The notes below the pieces were generated by a model, which did not search any database, was not told where the DNA came from, and saw only the letters and a program-made list of their open reading frames with translations. From the human T2T-CHM13v2.0 reference genome, Homo sapiens: 64,000 bases of DNA. Numbering within the stretch: the stretch's first letter is position 1; each line of letters starts with the position of its first letter. The stretch lies in the NCBI RefSeq assembly GCF_009914755.1, contig NC_060940.1; one strand, given 5' to 3'. The translations under genes and the position numbers were made by a program. Shown one piece after another: positions 1 through 14,419 of this stretch.

Positions 1-69
1 CAGGTTCAAGCAATTCATTGTTCCTGGAGAAGATAATTTGTATGATTTCTATCTTAAAAATTCATTAGG

Positions 70-361
70 GGCTGGGCACGGTGGCTCACGCCTGTAATCC
101 CAACACTTTGGGAGGCCGTGGCAGGTGGATCATCTGAGGTCAAGAGTTAAAGACCAGCCTGACCAACATGGTGGAACCCCATCTCTATGAAAAATATTTT
201 AAAAAATTAGCCAGATCTTTTGGCAGGCACCTGTAATCCCAGCTACTCAGGGGGCTGAGGCACAAGAATCACTTGAAACCAGGAGGCAAAGGTTGTAGTG
301 AGCTGAGATCTCACACTCTATCCACAACAGAGTGAGACTCTGTCTCAAATAAAATAAGAAA
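70..361 (+). mobile_element. AluS element
   Basis: Starts GGCTGGGCACGGTGGCTCACGCCTGTAATCCC; dimeric, with A-rich linker and tail; small deletion near the 3' end. Confidence 0.95.
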
Positions 362-364
362 GAA

Positions 365-669
365 GGCCGGGCGTGGTGGCTCACTCCTGTAATCCCAGGA
401 CTTTGGGAGGCTGAGGCGGGTGGAGCACGAGGTCAGGAGATTGAGACCATCCTGGCCAACACAGTGAAACCCCGTCTCTACTAAAAAAAAATATATAAAA
501 TTAGCTGGGTGCGGTGGCGGGTGCCTGTAGTCCCAGCTACTCCAGAGGCTGAGGCAGGAGAATGGCATGAACCCTGGAAGCGGAGCTTGCAGTAAGCTGA
601 GATTGTACCACTGCAGTCCAGCCTGGGCGACAGAGTGAGACTGTGTCTCAAAAAAAAAGAAAAGAAAAA
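365..669 (+). mobile_element. AluY-like element inserted in the tail of the preceding Alu
   Basis: Contains GAGACCATCCTGGCC and GGCATGAACCC..GCGGAGCTTGCAG, which are AluY-type diagnostics; poly(A) tail. Confidence 0.93.
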
Positions 670-1829
670 TGAAATCGCTGATAGAAGGCAAACTGGAAAA
701 TTCACAACTATGCGACATTCAAAAAACAAACTGCTGTATAACAAATGGGTCAAGGAAGAAATCACAAGGGCTTCCCTCTTTGAAAAGAAATGAAAAGAAA
801 AATATCACAAGGGAAATTAGAAAATCCTATGAGACGAAAACTAAAACACAATATGCCAGAAATTATGGATGTGGGGAAAGCAGTGCTAAGAGGAAATTTT
901 ATAGCTATAAATGTCTCCATTTAAAAAGAAGAAAGAGCTCCAATAACCTAAGTATATACCTTAAGGAATGAGTAAAAAAGGAGCAAACTGAACTCAAAGC
1001 TAGAAGGGAGAAAATAATAAATATGAGAACAGAGAGAAATGGAGAATAGAAAGACAGAAAAATTAACAAAGCAAAACCTGGTTCTTTGAAAAGATAAAAT
1101 TGATAAACCTTTAACTAGATTGGCTAAGAAAAAACTCAAATTATTAAAATCAAATGAAAATGGGGACATTACTACTGACTTTACAGAAATGAAAAAGGAT
1201 TGTGAGAGAATACTATGAAAAGTTGTATACCAACAAATATTACGCTAACAAATTGGATAACCTAGTTGAAATGGCCATATTCCTAGAAAGATGCAAAGTA
1301 CCAAAACTGATCGCAGAAGAAATAGAAACTGAATAGTCCTATAACAAGAGATTGAATCAAAATAAAAAAAAATCCCCCAACAAAGAGAAGCCCAGGATCA
1401 CATGACTTTACTGATGAATTCTACCAAATATTTAAGAGTTAACATAAATCCTTCCAAAAAAATTGAAGAGGTGGGAAACACTTTCTAACTCATGAGGCTA
1501 GTATTACCCTGATACTGAAGCCAGGCAAAGATATTACAAAAAACTATAGGACTATATTCATTATGAATATAGATGCAGGAATCCTCAACAAAATACTAGC
1601 AAACCAAATCCAGCAGCCTGTTTAAAAGATTATGCGCTATGACCTAGTGGGATTTATCCCAAAAAAGTTAGGGTGGATCAACATAGGTAATTTAATCATT
1701 TTATATACCACATTAATAAAGAAATAAAATTGCATGATCTTAATTTATGTAGAAAAGTACTTGAAAAATCTGGAAACATCCCACGATGAAAAACATTGAG
1801 TAAACTAGGAATAGAAAGGAATGTACTCA

Positions 1830-2063
1830 GGCCAGGTGTGGTGATTCACGTCTGTAATCCCAGCACTTTGGGATGCCGAGGTGAGGAGATCACTTGAGCT
1901 CACGAGTTCAAGACCAGCTTGGGCAACATGGTAAAACACCATCTCTACCAAAAAAAAAAAGGAATTAGCCAACCCTGATGGTGCATGCCTGTAGCCGAGA
2001 TTGTACCATTGCACTTCAGCCTGGGTGACAAATGAGACCCTGTCTCAAAAAAAAAAAAAAAAA
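1830..2063 (+). mobile_element. AluJ with an internal deletion in the right arm
   Basis: Sequence jumps from GCCTGTAG directly to CCGAGATTG at about 1994; poly(A) at 2047-2063. Confidence 0.92.
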
Positions 2064-2296
2064 AGTTCTTAGCATGATAAAGGCCATCCGTGGAAGCTTA
2101 TAGCTGGCATTATACTCAGTGGTGAAAGATTGGCAGCTTTCCCCCTGAAATCAGGAACAAGACAAGGATACCCACACTTACCACTTGTATTCAACATAGT
2201 AGTGGAAGTTCTGTCCTGAGCAATTAGGTAAGACAAAGAAAGAAGTAAAACTATCTTTATTCACTGATGATGTAATCATATGTAACCCAAAAGAAT

Positions 2297-2297
<1 letters not shown>

Positions 2298-2333
<36 letters not shown>
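2298..2333. repeat. (CA)n microsatellite
   Basis: About 17 CA units. Confidence 0.97.
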
Positions 2334-2337
<4 letters not shown>

Positions 2338-2408
2338 CTTTGTTAGATGTAATAAACTAATTCAGCAAAGTTGTAGGATACAAAGTTCATACTCAGAAGT
2401 CAGTTATA

Positions 2409-2939
2409 CAGTCACGAGTCACTTAGTGTCAGGGATACCTTCTCAGAAATGCATTGTTAGGCAATTTTGTCTTTGTGTAAACATCATAGAGTATATTTAC
2501 ACAAACCTAAGTGGTACAGCCTATTCCTCCTAGGCTACAAACTTGTACAGAATGTTACAGTACTGAATACTGCAGGCAATTGTAATACAATGGTATTTGT
2601 GTATCTAAACTTAAACAGAGAAAGTACAATAAAAAGGCACAAAAGATGATGGTACACCTGTATAGGACACTTAACATGAAAGGAGCTTGCAGGATTGGAA
2701 ATTGCTCTGGGTGAGTCAGTGAGTGGAGTGAATGTGAAGGCCTTGCACATTACTCTTCACTTCTGTATGATTGGCTGTGCAGATGTTTTAATACCACCAT
2801 CACCACAGACATGAGTAATACATTGCACTATGACATTAAGTTAGCAATAGGAATTTTTAGCTCCGTTATAATCTTGTGGGACCAACATCATATATGTGGT
2901 CCATTGTTGGCAAAAATGTCATTATGTGATGCATAACTG
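2409..2939. mobile_element. Tigger3/MER7 non-autonomous DNA transposon
   Basis: CAGTCA...ACTG termini with TA on both sides (2407-08, 2940-41); internal GGGATACCTTCTCAGAAATGC and CCTAGGCTACAAAC are typical of Tigger3. Confidence 0.88.
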
Positions 2940-4791
2940 TACCTCTATGCACTAGCAATTAACAACCTGACAAATTAAGAAAACAATTCCATTTACAATA
3001 GCACCCAAAACATTAACATAAAATATTTAGGAATAAATTTAATCATGGAGGCACAAGATTGTAATCTAAAAACTGCAAATATTGCTGAAAGAAATTAGAC
3101 AAATAGACATCTCATGTTCATGGATTGGAAAACTTAATATTGTTAAGTTAGCAGTACTACCCAAAGCAATCTATAGATTCAGTTTAATCTCTATAAAAAA
3201 TCCCAATGGTGTTTTTTTTTATAGAAGTAGAAAAACTCGTCCTGAAATTAATATGGAATTTCATGAGATCCTGAATAATCAAAATAATCTTGAAAAAGTT
3301 GAGGGACAAGCTACAGTAACCAAAGCAATTTGATACTAGCATAAGGATAGACATATAGACCAATGAAGCAGAAGCGAGAGCACGTAAATAAACCCTCACA
3401 TATATGGTTAAATGATTTTTTTCAAAGTGCCAAGACATTCAATGGGGAAAATAGGGTCTTTTCAACAAATAGTATTAGCAAAACTGGATATCACGTGCAA
3501 AAGCATAAGTCTGGACTCTTACACTGTATCCAAAATTTAAAATGGATTAAAGGACTACATTTTAGAGCTAAAACCGTAAACCTTTTAGAAGAAAACATAG
3601 GGACAGATTATCATAACCTTGGATTTGGCAATGATTTCTTAAATATGACACCCAAAGCACTCACAACAAAAGGAAAAAATAGATAAATTGGACTTCATCA
3701 TAAGTAAAAACTTTTGTGCATCGAAGAATACTATCAAGAGTGAAAAAACAACCCACAGAATAGAAAATATTTGCAAACCATGTATCTGATGAGGTGTACC
3801 ATCTAAAATATGTAAAGAATTGCTGCAAGTCAACAACAGAAAGACAAACCCAACTTTCAAATGGGCAAAGGACTTGAATACACATTTCTCCAAAGAAGAT
3901 ATGCAAATAGCCAATAAGCATAGGAAAAGATGCTAAACTCTGTTAGTAATGAGAGAAATGCAAATTAAAAGCAATAAGATACTTCTTCAAACCCATTAGG
4001 GTAGCTATTACTTTAAAAGAGGGAAAATCACAAATACTAGCAAGAATACAGAGAAATTAGAACCCTCGTGCATTGCTGGTAGGATGGTAAAATGATACAG
4101 ATTCTGTGAAAACAGCTTGGTAATTACTCAAAATGTTAAACATACCAGTTGCGCTCTTAGGTATATACCCAAAGAGATAGTTGTACACCAGTGTTCACAA
4201 CAGCACTGTTCACAATAACCAAAATGTGGAAACAACCCAATTGTCCATCAACACATGAATGGATAAACAAAACATGGTATACCCACAGAATGGAATATTC
4301 AGCCACAGAATAAAGTTTTTGATATGTGCTATAACATGAATGGACTTTGAAAATATGCTAGTTGAAATGCCATAAACTAAAGGACAAATATTGTATGATT
4401 CAAAATTTGTATGACTCATAAAGACAAAGTAGATTACCAGGGGCTGCAGGGTGAGGAGGGGGAATGGAGAGTTACTACTTTACAGGTACAGAGTTTCTGT
4501 TTTGGATAATAATGTTCTGGAAATAGATAGTGGTGATGATTGCACAACATTGTGAATGTACTTAATGCCACCAAATCATACACTTAAAGACAGTTATAGT
4601 GGTACATTTTATGTTATAAACTTTTTTCCACAATCAAACTATATTATGTATGTATATGAATAAGAATTCAGTGTAGTTACTATTTTTGAGAATCACTACT
4701 CTAACCTAACAGTTAATGAGAAAACCCTTAGGTTTTTTTGATTCAAATTCTTTATCTTTCAATCTTATTTGGGTTTTCCAAATAGATTTTT

Positions 4792-5100
<309 letters not shown>

Positions 5101-5799
5101 CTAGTATTCTGCTGTTAATTTTATAATTTAATGAGTGCTTTTCAAATAACCAGTCGTTCTCAGAAGAATTTGTTAACAGGCCTAGCTTTTTGGGGTTGAT
5201 TAGAGTTGGTTGAGCTGGGGTTCTGACACTGAGAGTCCAGAATGTTGAATATCTTGGTGATAGTAAACCCGGAGGCCCAATAGAAACAAAGTACATAACT
5301 GTTGTGCTGTGCAAACAGGGTAATTCAAATTACCTATTTGACATTATGTATTGAAGTAACTCTAAAAACAAAATATTACCTTTTCATTAGTCAGGATAAG
5401 ATAGGCTGTGCTGCAGGAGGAAAGAAATCCCTAAATTTGTGCGATGTTACCTTCTCATCAACAACTATCTACAAGAGAGGCTCAAGTTCCTCTTGTATTT
5501 AGTACCAATCTAACTACCTCAAAGGTGGAAAATGCAGATTTCATATGATGATCTGTCAGTGGCTCTTTCATAGTAACCTACATTTAAAAAATTTCTTCAC
5601 AGTGAGCTATGTGATGTTTCAGTGACGTTTAGATTTGCTAAAATTTATTTCAGACAAAATAAGGACAAGATTTCTTTAGAGATGAGATATTTACAGGTTT
5701 TGGAGATTCGTTATTTCATAGTACTGGCAAAATTCAGTAGAACTCTCAACTTTGATACAGTTATCAACTTTGATGCTAGTGTTAAGAACCAACTGTGTA

Positions 5800-5975
5800 A
5801 ATTAGTTGTGTGAATTAGTTGTATGTTCTCAAGCAATTAATTTTAACTCAATGTCAGCATCTGGAAATGGGGACAGTAGTACCTACCACATGGAAATCTT
5901 GTAAGGATAAAATGAGAATGAGTGAATGTAAAGTGTTTCACAGTGTCTGATACACTTCAGGTTATCATTAATGGC
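5800..5975 (+). mobile_element. MIR fragment
   Basis: Core-like CATCTGGAAATGGGGACAGTAGTACCTACC...AAATGAGA. Confidence 0.65.
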
Positions 5976-6829
5976 AGTTGTCATTATTGATTGAATATTA
6001 ATTGGCTTTTTCTATGTTCATACAGTTTGGCGGACATCAAATGACATAGTGTAAGAGCTTTTTGAAAATTGTAAGTTGGTATGTAGATATTCACTTGACA
6101 ACTGATTATAATCTTTTTTCTGAAGTCCTTATTTTCATTATATAATTGTTTAATTATATACTTCCTTGCATTTTGCTCTTATTTTGTGGGCGTTAATTTC
6201 ATCTCCCAAACCAGTATATACACTCCTATACATACTAATATTTCATAGCTCATATTTGTTTTGTATCTCCTACATGAAGCACTATGTACTTAGGCAAATA
6301 CTCAGTAAACATTTGTTTATTTTTAGCAATTGGTGATTTCTAAGTAAGCTCTTAAGCACATCATAATTGCAATTGGAATTAATGTTACTTTGAACATGAG
6401 ATTGCTGCTACACACCTGAGAATTCTCATCAGTCAAAGGTAACCTTCCTGTGTATCCCAGAAGATGCAGACCTGATAAGAGTGATTTATACCTCTCTAAT
6501 CCATAACACAGATCTTTGCAATCTACGTTGCTTTCCAAGATACTCTAAACCTGAGGCTACTGAAATAGGTAATGCAGATTACTTACCTAGTGAAGGTATT
6601 CCTTACCAAATAGAAAACACTATTACCAAGCCTATTTGTTGGGTTGCCTTTAATATTTATTCTCATGTACAGTCTAAGTTAAGATACTGCTTTTTCTAAA
6701 AAAAAAAAAAATTTCAGGAAATTGACACAGTACATAGCCCATAATCTGTTGTCAGTAATTTTTTGTGGAATTAATGATAAAATAACATTGAGCCAGTACC
6801 TCAAGAACTACTGTAGCTAAGACCCTAAC

Positions 6830-7020
6830 TTTAAAATTAAAGTGTTGGATTCTCAGTTGTGCCATTTACTAGCTATGTGTCTGTGGGTGATGTAGTTAAA
6901 CTGTATAAAACAAAGTTTCCTCATGTGTTAAATGGGCATTATAATAACAATCTTACATGTTTATTGTATTAAATGGCACAGGTAGAACACTTAGCACAAT
7001 GCCAGATACCTAGTAAGTAA
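6830..7020 (+). mobile_element. MIR fragment
   Basis: GCCATTTACTAGCTATGTG...AGTTTCCTCATGTGTTAAATGGG...CACTTAGCACAATGCC. Confidence 0.7.
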
Positions 7021-7049
7021 AAAATATGGGTAACTTCAGCCATGATTAA

Positions 7050-7570
7050 TTTAACTCAAAATTACTTAAATATTTGGAAAACGTTTCTCTAATAAGTTTC
7101 AAAGTTGGACAGCTCCCAAATTGGTTATTTCAGATGTTCAGTGACTTCATCAGAATTCAGATCTCTATTGTTCCACTCTGCTATCCTCAAAGAGGTAGTC
7201 GTTGTCTTCAGACTAGGTAACCTTATGGTCACAAGGTGACTGCTGCAGTTGCAGTCTTCAAATCCAGTCAAAACAGCATCCAGAAAAACAAAGAAAAGCA
7301 TCTATCTCTTAACCTGAGTTTCTTGTTAAGAACAAGGAAATCTTTCCCAGAAGCCTTCTAGCATACTTCCCTTCCTAACGGATTGACTGAGTCACATCCC
7401 CACCTCCTGAATGATTACTGGTGAAGAGAGTGGGGTTATGAATTACCTAGGGGATGGGTTTACACAAATCAGTTTATCTCCAGGTTTTTTGTTGTATCAT
7501 TTTTTTAAAGGGTGGATGCCTAAATAACATTGGTGTTCTATTAATAAGGGGGGAATGGGTGTCTACCATA
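7050..7570. mobile_element. Old MaLR LTR (MLT1K/L-like)
   Basis: MLT1-type motifs GGTCACAAGGTGACTGCTGCAG and CTTTCCCAGAAGCC. Confidence 0.55.
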
Positions 7571-7827
7571 GCTATTATTATGCATAAAAGAATATTCACC
7601 GTTCCTTTTTGAAGGAGTATTTGACTGTAAAGGACAGTCAAGTATCTCCTGAAACTGCTTGGTTACTTCCCATTGCTATCCATCAGATACATCATTGCCA
7701 TCGTTTATTAGACAAACTAATTCCAATTTCATTTTTTGTCAGTCTTTTAAAAAACCTGTTTCATTCTGTAGTGTTGCTGCTACTGACAAAGTTATTGAAG
7801 GGTCACAGCTAAAAATGGCAAATACTA

Positions 7828-8130
7828 GGCCAGGTGCAGTGGTTTACACCTGTAATCCCAACACTTTGGGAGACAGAACCTACAGGATCCATTGAGCCTT
7901 GCAAGAGTTTGAGACCAGCCTGGGCAACATAACAAGACCCTGTATCTACAAAAATAAATATAAAAATTAGCCTGGAGTGGTGGCACATGCCTGTTATCCC
8001 AGCTACTCTGGAGGCTGGAACAGGAGGATTGCCTGAGCCCAGGAGGTTAAGGCTGCAGAGAGTCATGATGGTGCCACTGCATTCCAGCCTGGGCAACAGT
8101 GTGAGGCCCTGTCTCAAAAAAAAAAGAAAA
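7828..8130 (+). mobile_element. AluJ
   Basis: AluJ right-arm diagnostics GGATTGCCTGAGCCCAGGAGG..GGCTGCAG; poly(A). Confidence 0.93.
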
Positions 8131-8708
8131 TGTCTAGGATTATCAGGATTACTTGAGACAGATCAAAAACGTAAATGACATGCAAACTAGCTACTTTCTT
8201 AAGGTGAATTTTATCTTGGGACAGAAGCATTACTATACCTAACTTATAAAACTTTGCTTTCTAGGCTTAAAAAAATCAGGTAAAAAGTTATTTTCCACTT
8301 ACTTTCTATCTGGATTAGCTAGTCTATGATTTTAGCAGCACCAAGATGACAACCAATTATAATATGACAAAATATTTGTGAAGGAATACAAGGAAGGGTC
8401 CACCAAACATTATTTTAATGATATATAGGAGTTTATAAAAAAGGAGGGAGTGATTATATAGTAATATATATGGGAAATGCTTTAGTTTCCCTGTTTCCTT
8501 CTTTCATATACCCATTTAAAAAATCTTTTTGCTAATGTGAACTTGGTTCTACAGGCTGGCTTGATATATAAACAGTTTTCATAAGAAGTTTAGATAATCT
8601 GTCTTTTTATACTCTGTCTCTATAAAATCCATAGAACTAAAAATAGACAGACTATAGAAACAGTTGGAGAAAAGAGTGAGACACAATTTAGACAAAAAGG
8701 TTAAGGTT

Positions 8709-9029
8709 GGCCGGGCGCAGTGGCTGATGCCTGTAATCCTAGCACTTGGGGAGGCCGAGGTGGGCGAATCACTTGAGCCCAGGAGTTAGAGACTAGCAAC
8801 ATGGCGAAAGCCCATCTCTACAAAAAGTTCAAAAATTAGGCAGGCAGGGTAGCATGCACCTGCAGTCCCAGGTTTTGTGGCATGGTGGGGCAAAAGGGGC
8901 TGAGGTGGAGGCTCGCTTGAGCCTGGGAGGTTGGGGCTGTGGTGAGCTGTGATGGTGCCATTGCACTCCAGCCTGGGTGACAGAGTGATACCATGTCTCA
9001 AACAAAACCAAAACAAAACAAAAAACAAA
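8709..9029 (+). mobile_element. AluJ with a foreign insertion in the right arm and a (CAAAA)n tail
   Basis: Alu dimer; non-Alu segment at about 8872-8897. Confidence 0.92.
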
Positions 9030-9367
9030 GCTTCATTGGTGACAAAAGTTCTCCCAAAAACAACCCACTTAATAGACATTTTCTTGGTTTTGTACTATTA
9101 TCTTTTTACCTCGGAGCAGTGCTATTGATAGTAGGTCTCATTGGAAGCATTTTAAACATCCATAATGCAGATAACAATAATAGAATATATATTAACGCAC
9201 ATTTCTTTTGTATATAACTGTGATATATGGGAAGATCAGAACTATCTGAAGAATAGAGGGCATCATTTCTATAATTCAAATTTTTACATTAAAACCCTGT
9301 TTTTAGAAGGGGTTTTCAAATGGGACTGTTAATATTTGTCAGTGTATTTTCTAAAAGCAGCAATTTG

Positions 9368-9696
<329 letters not shown>

Positions 9697-10042
9697 TCAG
9701 ACAATTTGCATTTAATTGCTAATTTGTTTGAATTTAAGTCCACCATCTTGGTATTTATTTTCTGTATGTCCCATCTGTTTTATGTGCCTTTGTTTCATCT
9801 TTCCTGTTTTCTTTTAGGTTAATAAAGTATTTTTTGATTTCTTTTTTTTTTTTGGCCACAGGGTTTGTTTTTTATTGATTGCTTTAGAGATTACAATATA
9901 TGTACTTATGTTACCACATTATACCTTGAATTAATGATATGCTGCCTTACTTGCAATGCAAGAACCTTACAATGGTATAATTCTGTTTACCTCTCTTTCA
10001 TGTTTTATACTTTTGTGATATATTTTACATCTATGTATGTTA

Positions 10043-10383
<341 letters not shown>

Positions 10384-10389
10384 TCATCA

Positions 10390-11320
10390 ATTTTTTTTTA
10401 ATTATGGTAGAATACACATAATATAAAATTAACCATCTTAATCATTTTTAGTCATACCATTCAATAGTGTTAAATACATTTACCTTGTTGTGCTACCAAT
10501 CTCTAGAGCTCTTCGTCCTGCAAAACTGAAACTATACCCATTAAACAGCAGCTCCCTATTCCCTTTCCTCCAACACTTGGCAGTCACCATTCTAACTTGA
10601 TCTCTGTGATTTCAGTACCCTAGGTACCTAGTATAAATATAATCATAAAGTATTTGCCTTTTTTGTGACTGGCTTATTTCACTTAGCCTGATGTCTTCAA
10701 GGTTCATCCATGTTACAACATGTGTCACAATTTTTTTCTTTTTAAGGCTCTTATTTATTTTCTATTTTTTGTCATAGTAGCTATTCTAATGGGTGTTGCG
10801 GTTTTGATTTGCATTTCCCCAGTTAGTGATTTTGAATATCTTTTCATATGCTTCTAGGCCATTTGCATATCTTCTTTGGAGAAATGTCTATTCACGTAAT
10901 TTGCTCATTTTAAAATTAGGCTGTTGGTTGTTTTGTTGTCGTTGAGTTGTTGGAGCTCTTTATTCTGCATATTAACGCTTTATTAGATTATTTGCAGATA
11001 TTTTCTTCAATTCTCTATGTTGCCTTTTCACTCTATTGTGTCCTTTCATGCAGAGACGTTTTTAATTTTGATACAGTCCAATGTATTTGCTTTTACTTTT
11101 GTTACCTGTGCGTTTGGTATTGTTTCCAAGAAATTATTGCCAAATACAATGTTATGAAGTTTTTCCTCTATCTTTTCTTCTAAGTGATTTATAACTTTAG
11201 CACTTATAATTAGGCCTTTAATCTATTTTGAGTTAATTTTTGTATATGGTGTAAGGTAAGGGTCCAACTTCATTCTTTTGCATGTGGCTACCCAGTTTTC
11301 CCAGCATCATTTTTTGAAAA
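10390..11320 (-). mobile_element. L1MB-like 3' fragment
   Basis: Reverse-orientation L1MB 3' UTR plus ORF2 end (TCTTCTTTGGAGAAATGTCTATTCA; GGGTCCAACTTCATTCTTTTGCATGTGG). Confidence 0.8.
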
Positions 11321-11670
11321 GTCAACTGACTTTTAAAGAATGTAAGAAAAGAAAGAAATAATGTCTATTTACCATATATTTACTATTTAATTCTTTGTAT
11401 TCCTTCCCATAGATATGAATTTTCATACAGTATTCCCTTCCAGATAAAAAACTTTCTTTAGCAAGTTTTGTAGTGCGAGTCTGTTAGTATCACATTATCT
11501 CAGCTTTCATTTATCTGAACATGTCTATTTCACCATTTTTGAAGGATATTTTCATTGACTATAGAATATTAGGGTGACTTTAAAATAAAGATATTGTTGC
11601 ATTATCTTCTGTTCTTTGTTGTTTCTAATGAGAAGCGAGTCATCATTCTTATTGTTGTTCCTCTGTATAA

Positions 11671-12004
<334 letters not shown>

Positions 12005-13286
12005 AAGATTTCTTTTTTATCTTTGGTTGTCATCCATTTAACTGTGATGTGCCTAGTTGTGATTTTATTTCCATTTATCCTGCTTGGGATTTGCTGTCCA
12101 TCTTGGATGTACAGGTTTATGTTTTAAACCAGCTCTGGAAATTTTGACCAATATTTTATCAAAACCTTTACCCCATTCTCTTTCTCCTTTCTCTCTGGGA
12201 CTCCAATTTATAAATATGTTAGCCTAATCTTGAATACACCTGTCATTGAGGATCTGTTAATTTTTTCTAATCTTTTTTCTCTATGTGCTTTTGTTTAGAT
12301 AATTTCTATTCTAAAGGTTGTCTTCAGGTGCACTGAGCCTTTCTTTTACATTGTCCAGTCTGCTGTTAACTTTATAGTGGTTTTCTTTTCTTTAATCATT
12401 TCAGATACTGTCTTTTCCAGTTCCAGGATTTCCATTTGATTTTTATTTTCAGTTTTTAATTGCTACTGAAATTCCTTATATTTTCGCTCATTATATCCTC
12501 CTTTTCTTGTACATCATTTATCATATATATGAATTATAGCTACATTAAAGTACTTACCTATTAATCCTCACATCGCGATTGTCAGTGATTCTGTTTCTAT
12601 TGACTGTTTTCCTTTGACTATGGGTCATACTTTCTTGCTTTTTCTCTTATCTTATAATTTTTTGACTATGTATTACTATTGTAAGTAATATGTTTATGAC
12701 ATTCTTGATTTTGTTATCTTAGAAGAGAGTTTTTAATTTTGTTCCAGCAGGTAGTTAATTTACTGATAGATTTTCTTGATTTTGTGGAGGCTTGGTTTTA
12801 GGCTTTGTTCAAATTTATCTACTTCAGTTTTTCCCTTATTCTGAGGCATAAACCATACTCTTACAGTATGCTTCTTCTGGGGTTTCTAGAAAGTCTAGTG
12901 TTATATATATCCTTTCAACTTAAAGGGATTCACCCTCTAAACTGATTCATCATTTGGAAGCTGCGAAAATTTCTGCTTAGCTATTCCTTTTTTTTTCGCT
13001 GTTGTTTTCCTCTAGGTTTCTTGGGTCTTGCCCTACATGTACACAGTTCAGGAGTCAGATTTTGAAGCAACCCCTGTTCCCCCTCACCCCATGACTTCCC
13101 CTTACTGAAGATTTCCTCCCTCTTACTCCAGCTGCATCAGCAGCCTCAGACTCTAACTTCTGACTCCTCAGACGAGAAGCTGCTGCCTTCTGTGTAAGCT
13201 TTATTCCCTGTGTACCATGCAAACTGGGGAATAACCTCATTTTAAAAGTCAAGATAAATGTAGGTATCATCTACTGCTTCCGTTCT

Positions 13287-13591
13287 TTTTTTTTTTTTTT
13301 TTTTTTTTTTGAGACAGGGTCTCATTCTATCGCCTAGACTGGAGTGCAGTGGCACAACTCAGCTCACTTCAGCCTCCACCTCCCGGGTTCAAGCGATTCT
13401 CCTGCCTCAGTCATCCAGATAGCTAGGATTACAGGCATGCTCCATCACGCCCAGTTAATTTTTGTATTTTTAGTAGAGAAGGGGTTTCACCATGTTGGCC
13501 AGGCTGGTCTCAAATTCCTGAGCTCAAGCGATCCTCCCACCTTGGCCTCCCAAAGTACTGGGATTACAGGCAGGAGCCACCATGCCCAACC
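13287..13591 (-). mobile_element. AluS
   Basis: Poly(T) followed by a full reverse-complement Alu. Confidence 0.95.
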
Positions 13592-13949
13592 TGGCTTTCC
13601 TTCTTTCAAGGGTCATATCACCTTCAGTTTCTGTCTGCTTTTGATTGCTCCACAGTGCCTTCAAATAGTTGTCTTCTTATATTTTAGGAAGGGTTTATAA
13701 TTGTTATTATCAGAGGGGTTATCTCATTTAAGATATGCCACTATTTATGAAAGCCAGCAGTTACTAAAGCAGTATTTTTAAATGGAAAAATAAAGGGGTG
13801 GTTTCTAAGAAATTACTGGTTTTTAAAATTTTACCCAGCCATATTTGGAAAAGTAAAGATACTACCTAGAATGGGAAAAAGAGTTAGACAATCTTAAAAA
13901 AATAATTTCTAGTGTCTCCATAAGACTGTAAAATTAGGGACTATGGGCA

Positions 13950-14400
13950 TGAAAATATATACTGCTTAGATCTCCAGCTGCAGGGAGCGTAAGTGATTTA
14001 TGGCCACAGTTGCTGCCCTTTAGAACTCACCCCCAACTTTGTGCCAAGACTGTGGTTATAAGTGGTCTTTCTAGGCAGTGACTGTGTATGGTAGGAGTTC
14101 TAATGCAGGCTCTTTCTTGTGAAATGCAGGACCCTTTAATGAGACACTTTGGCTTAGGGACTTCCGATCAGCTGGGCCAAAACTTTTGTAGAAATGTGCT
14201 GCAGTCTGAGACCCTTCCTACCCAATCCTCCTTCCTTCCCTTTCTCCATCACAAGTAACAAAACTGTGTCACAGTCTTGAAGGCTCTCTTCTTTTCCTCC
14301 CGCTCCTTCATCTTTTATAGGTAAATCTCCTAATAAATCTTTTTGCATATCTAGTCTCATCTTGGCATTTGCTTCTTGGAAAATCCAGAGTAATAAAGAA
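13950..14400 (+). mobile_element. ERVL LTR16-like solo LTR
   Basis: CTAATAAATC..CATCTTGGCATTTGCTTCTTGGA end and TGCAGGGAGC/TGCTGCCC motifs are typical of LTR16. Confidence 0.65.
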
Positions 14401-14419
14401 ACACAGACCCAAACTAGTG

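Larger units (their letters stand above)
670..4635 (+). mobile_element. Old L1 (L1MB-like) ORF2 and 3' UTR, interrupted by an Alu and a Tigger3
   Basis: Degenerate ORF2 peptides (SCSWIGKLNIVKLAVLPKAIYRF; LEENIG..LGFGNDFLNMTPKA); L1MB-type 3' UTR at 4430-4635. Confidence 0.88.

Noticed and set aside
311-765. ORFs such as [14 protein letters not shown] / [10 protein letters not shown] (also at 4799, 7809, 11616, 13344, 24348, 34298, 36740, 44608)
   Set aside because: These are standard Alu translations
9106-9262. Minus-strand exon candidate (CCCCTCTATTCTTCAG acceptor, GAG|GTAAAA donor)
   Set aside because: Stop codons in all three frames and a weak donor
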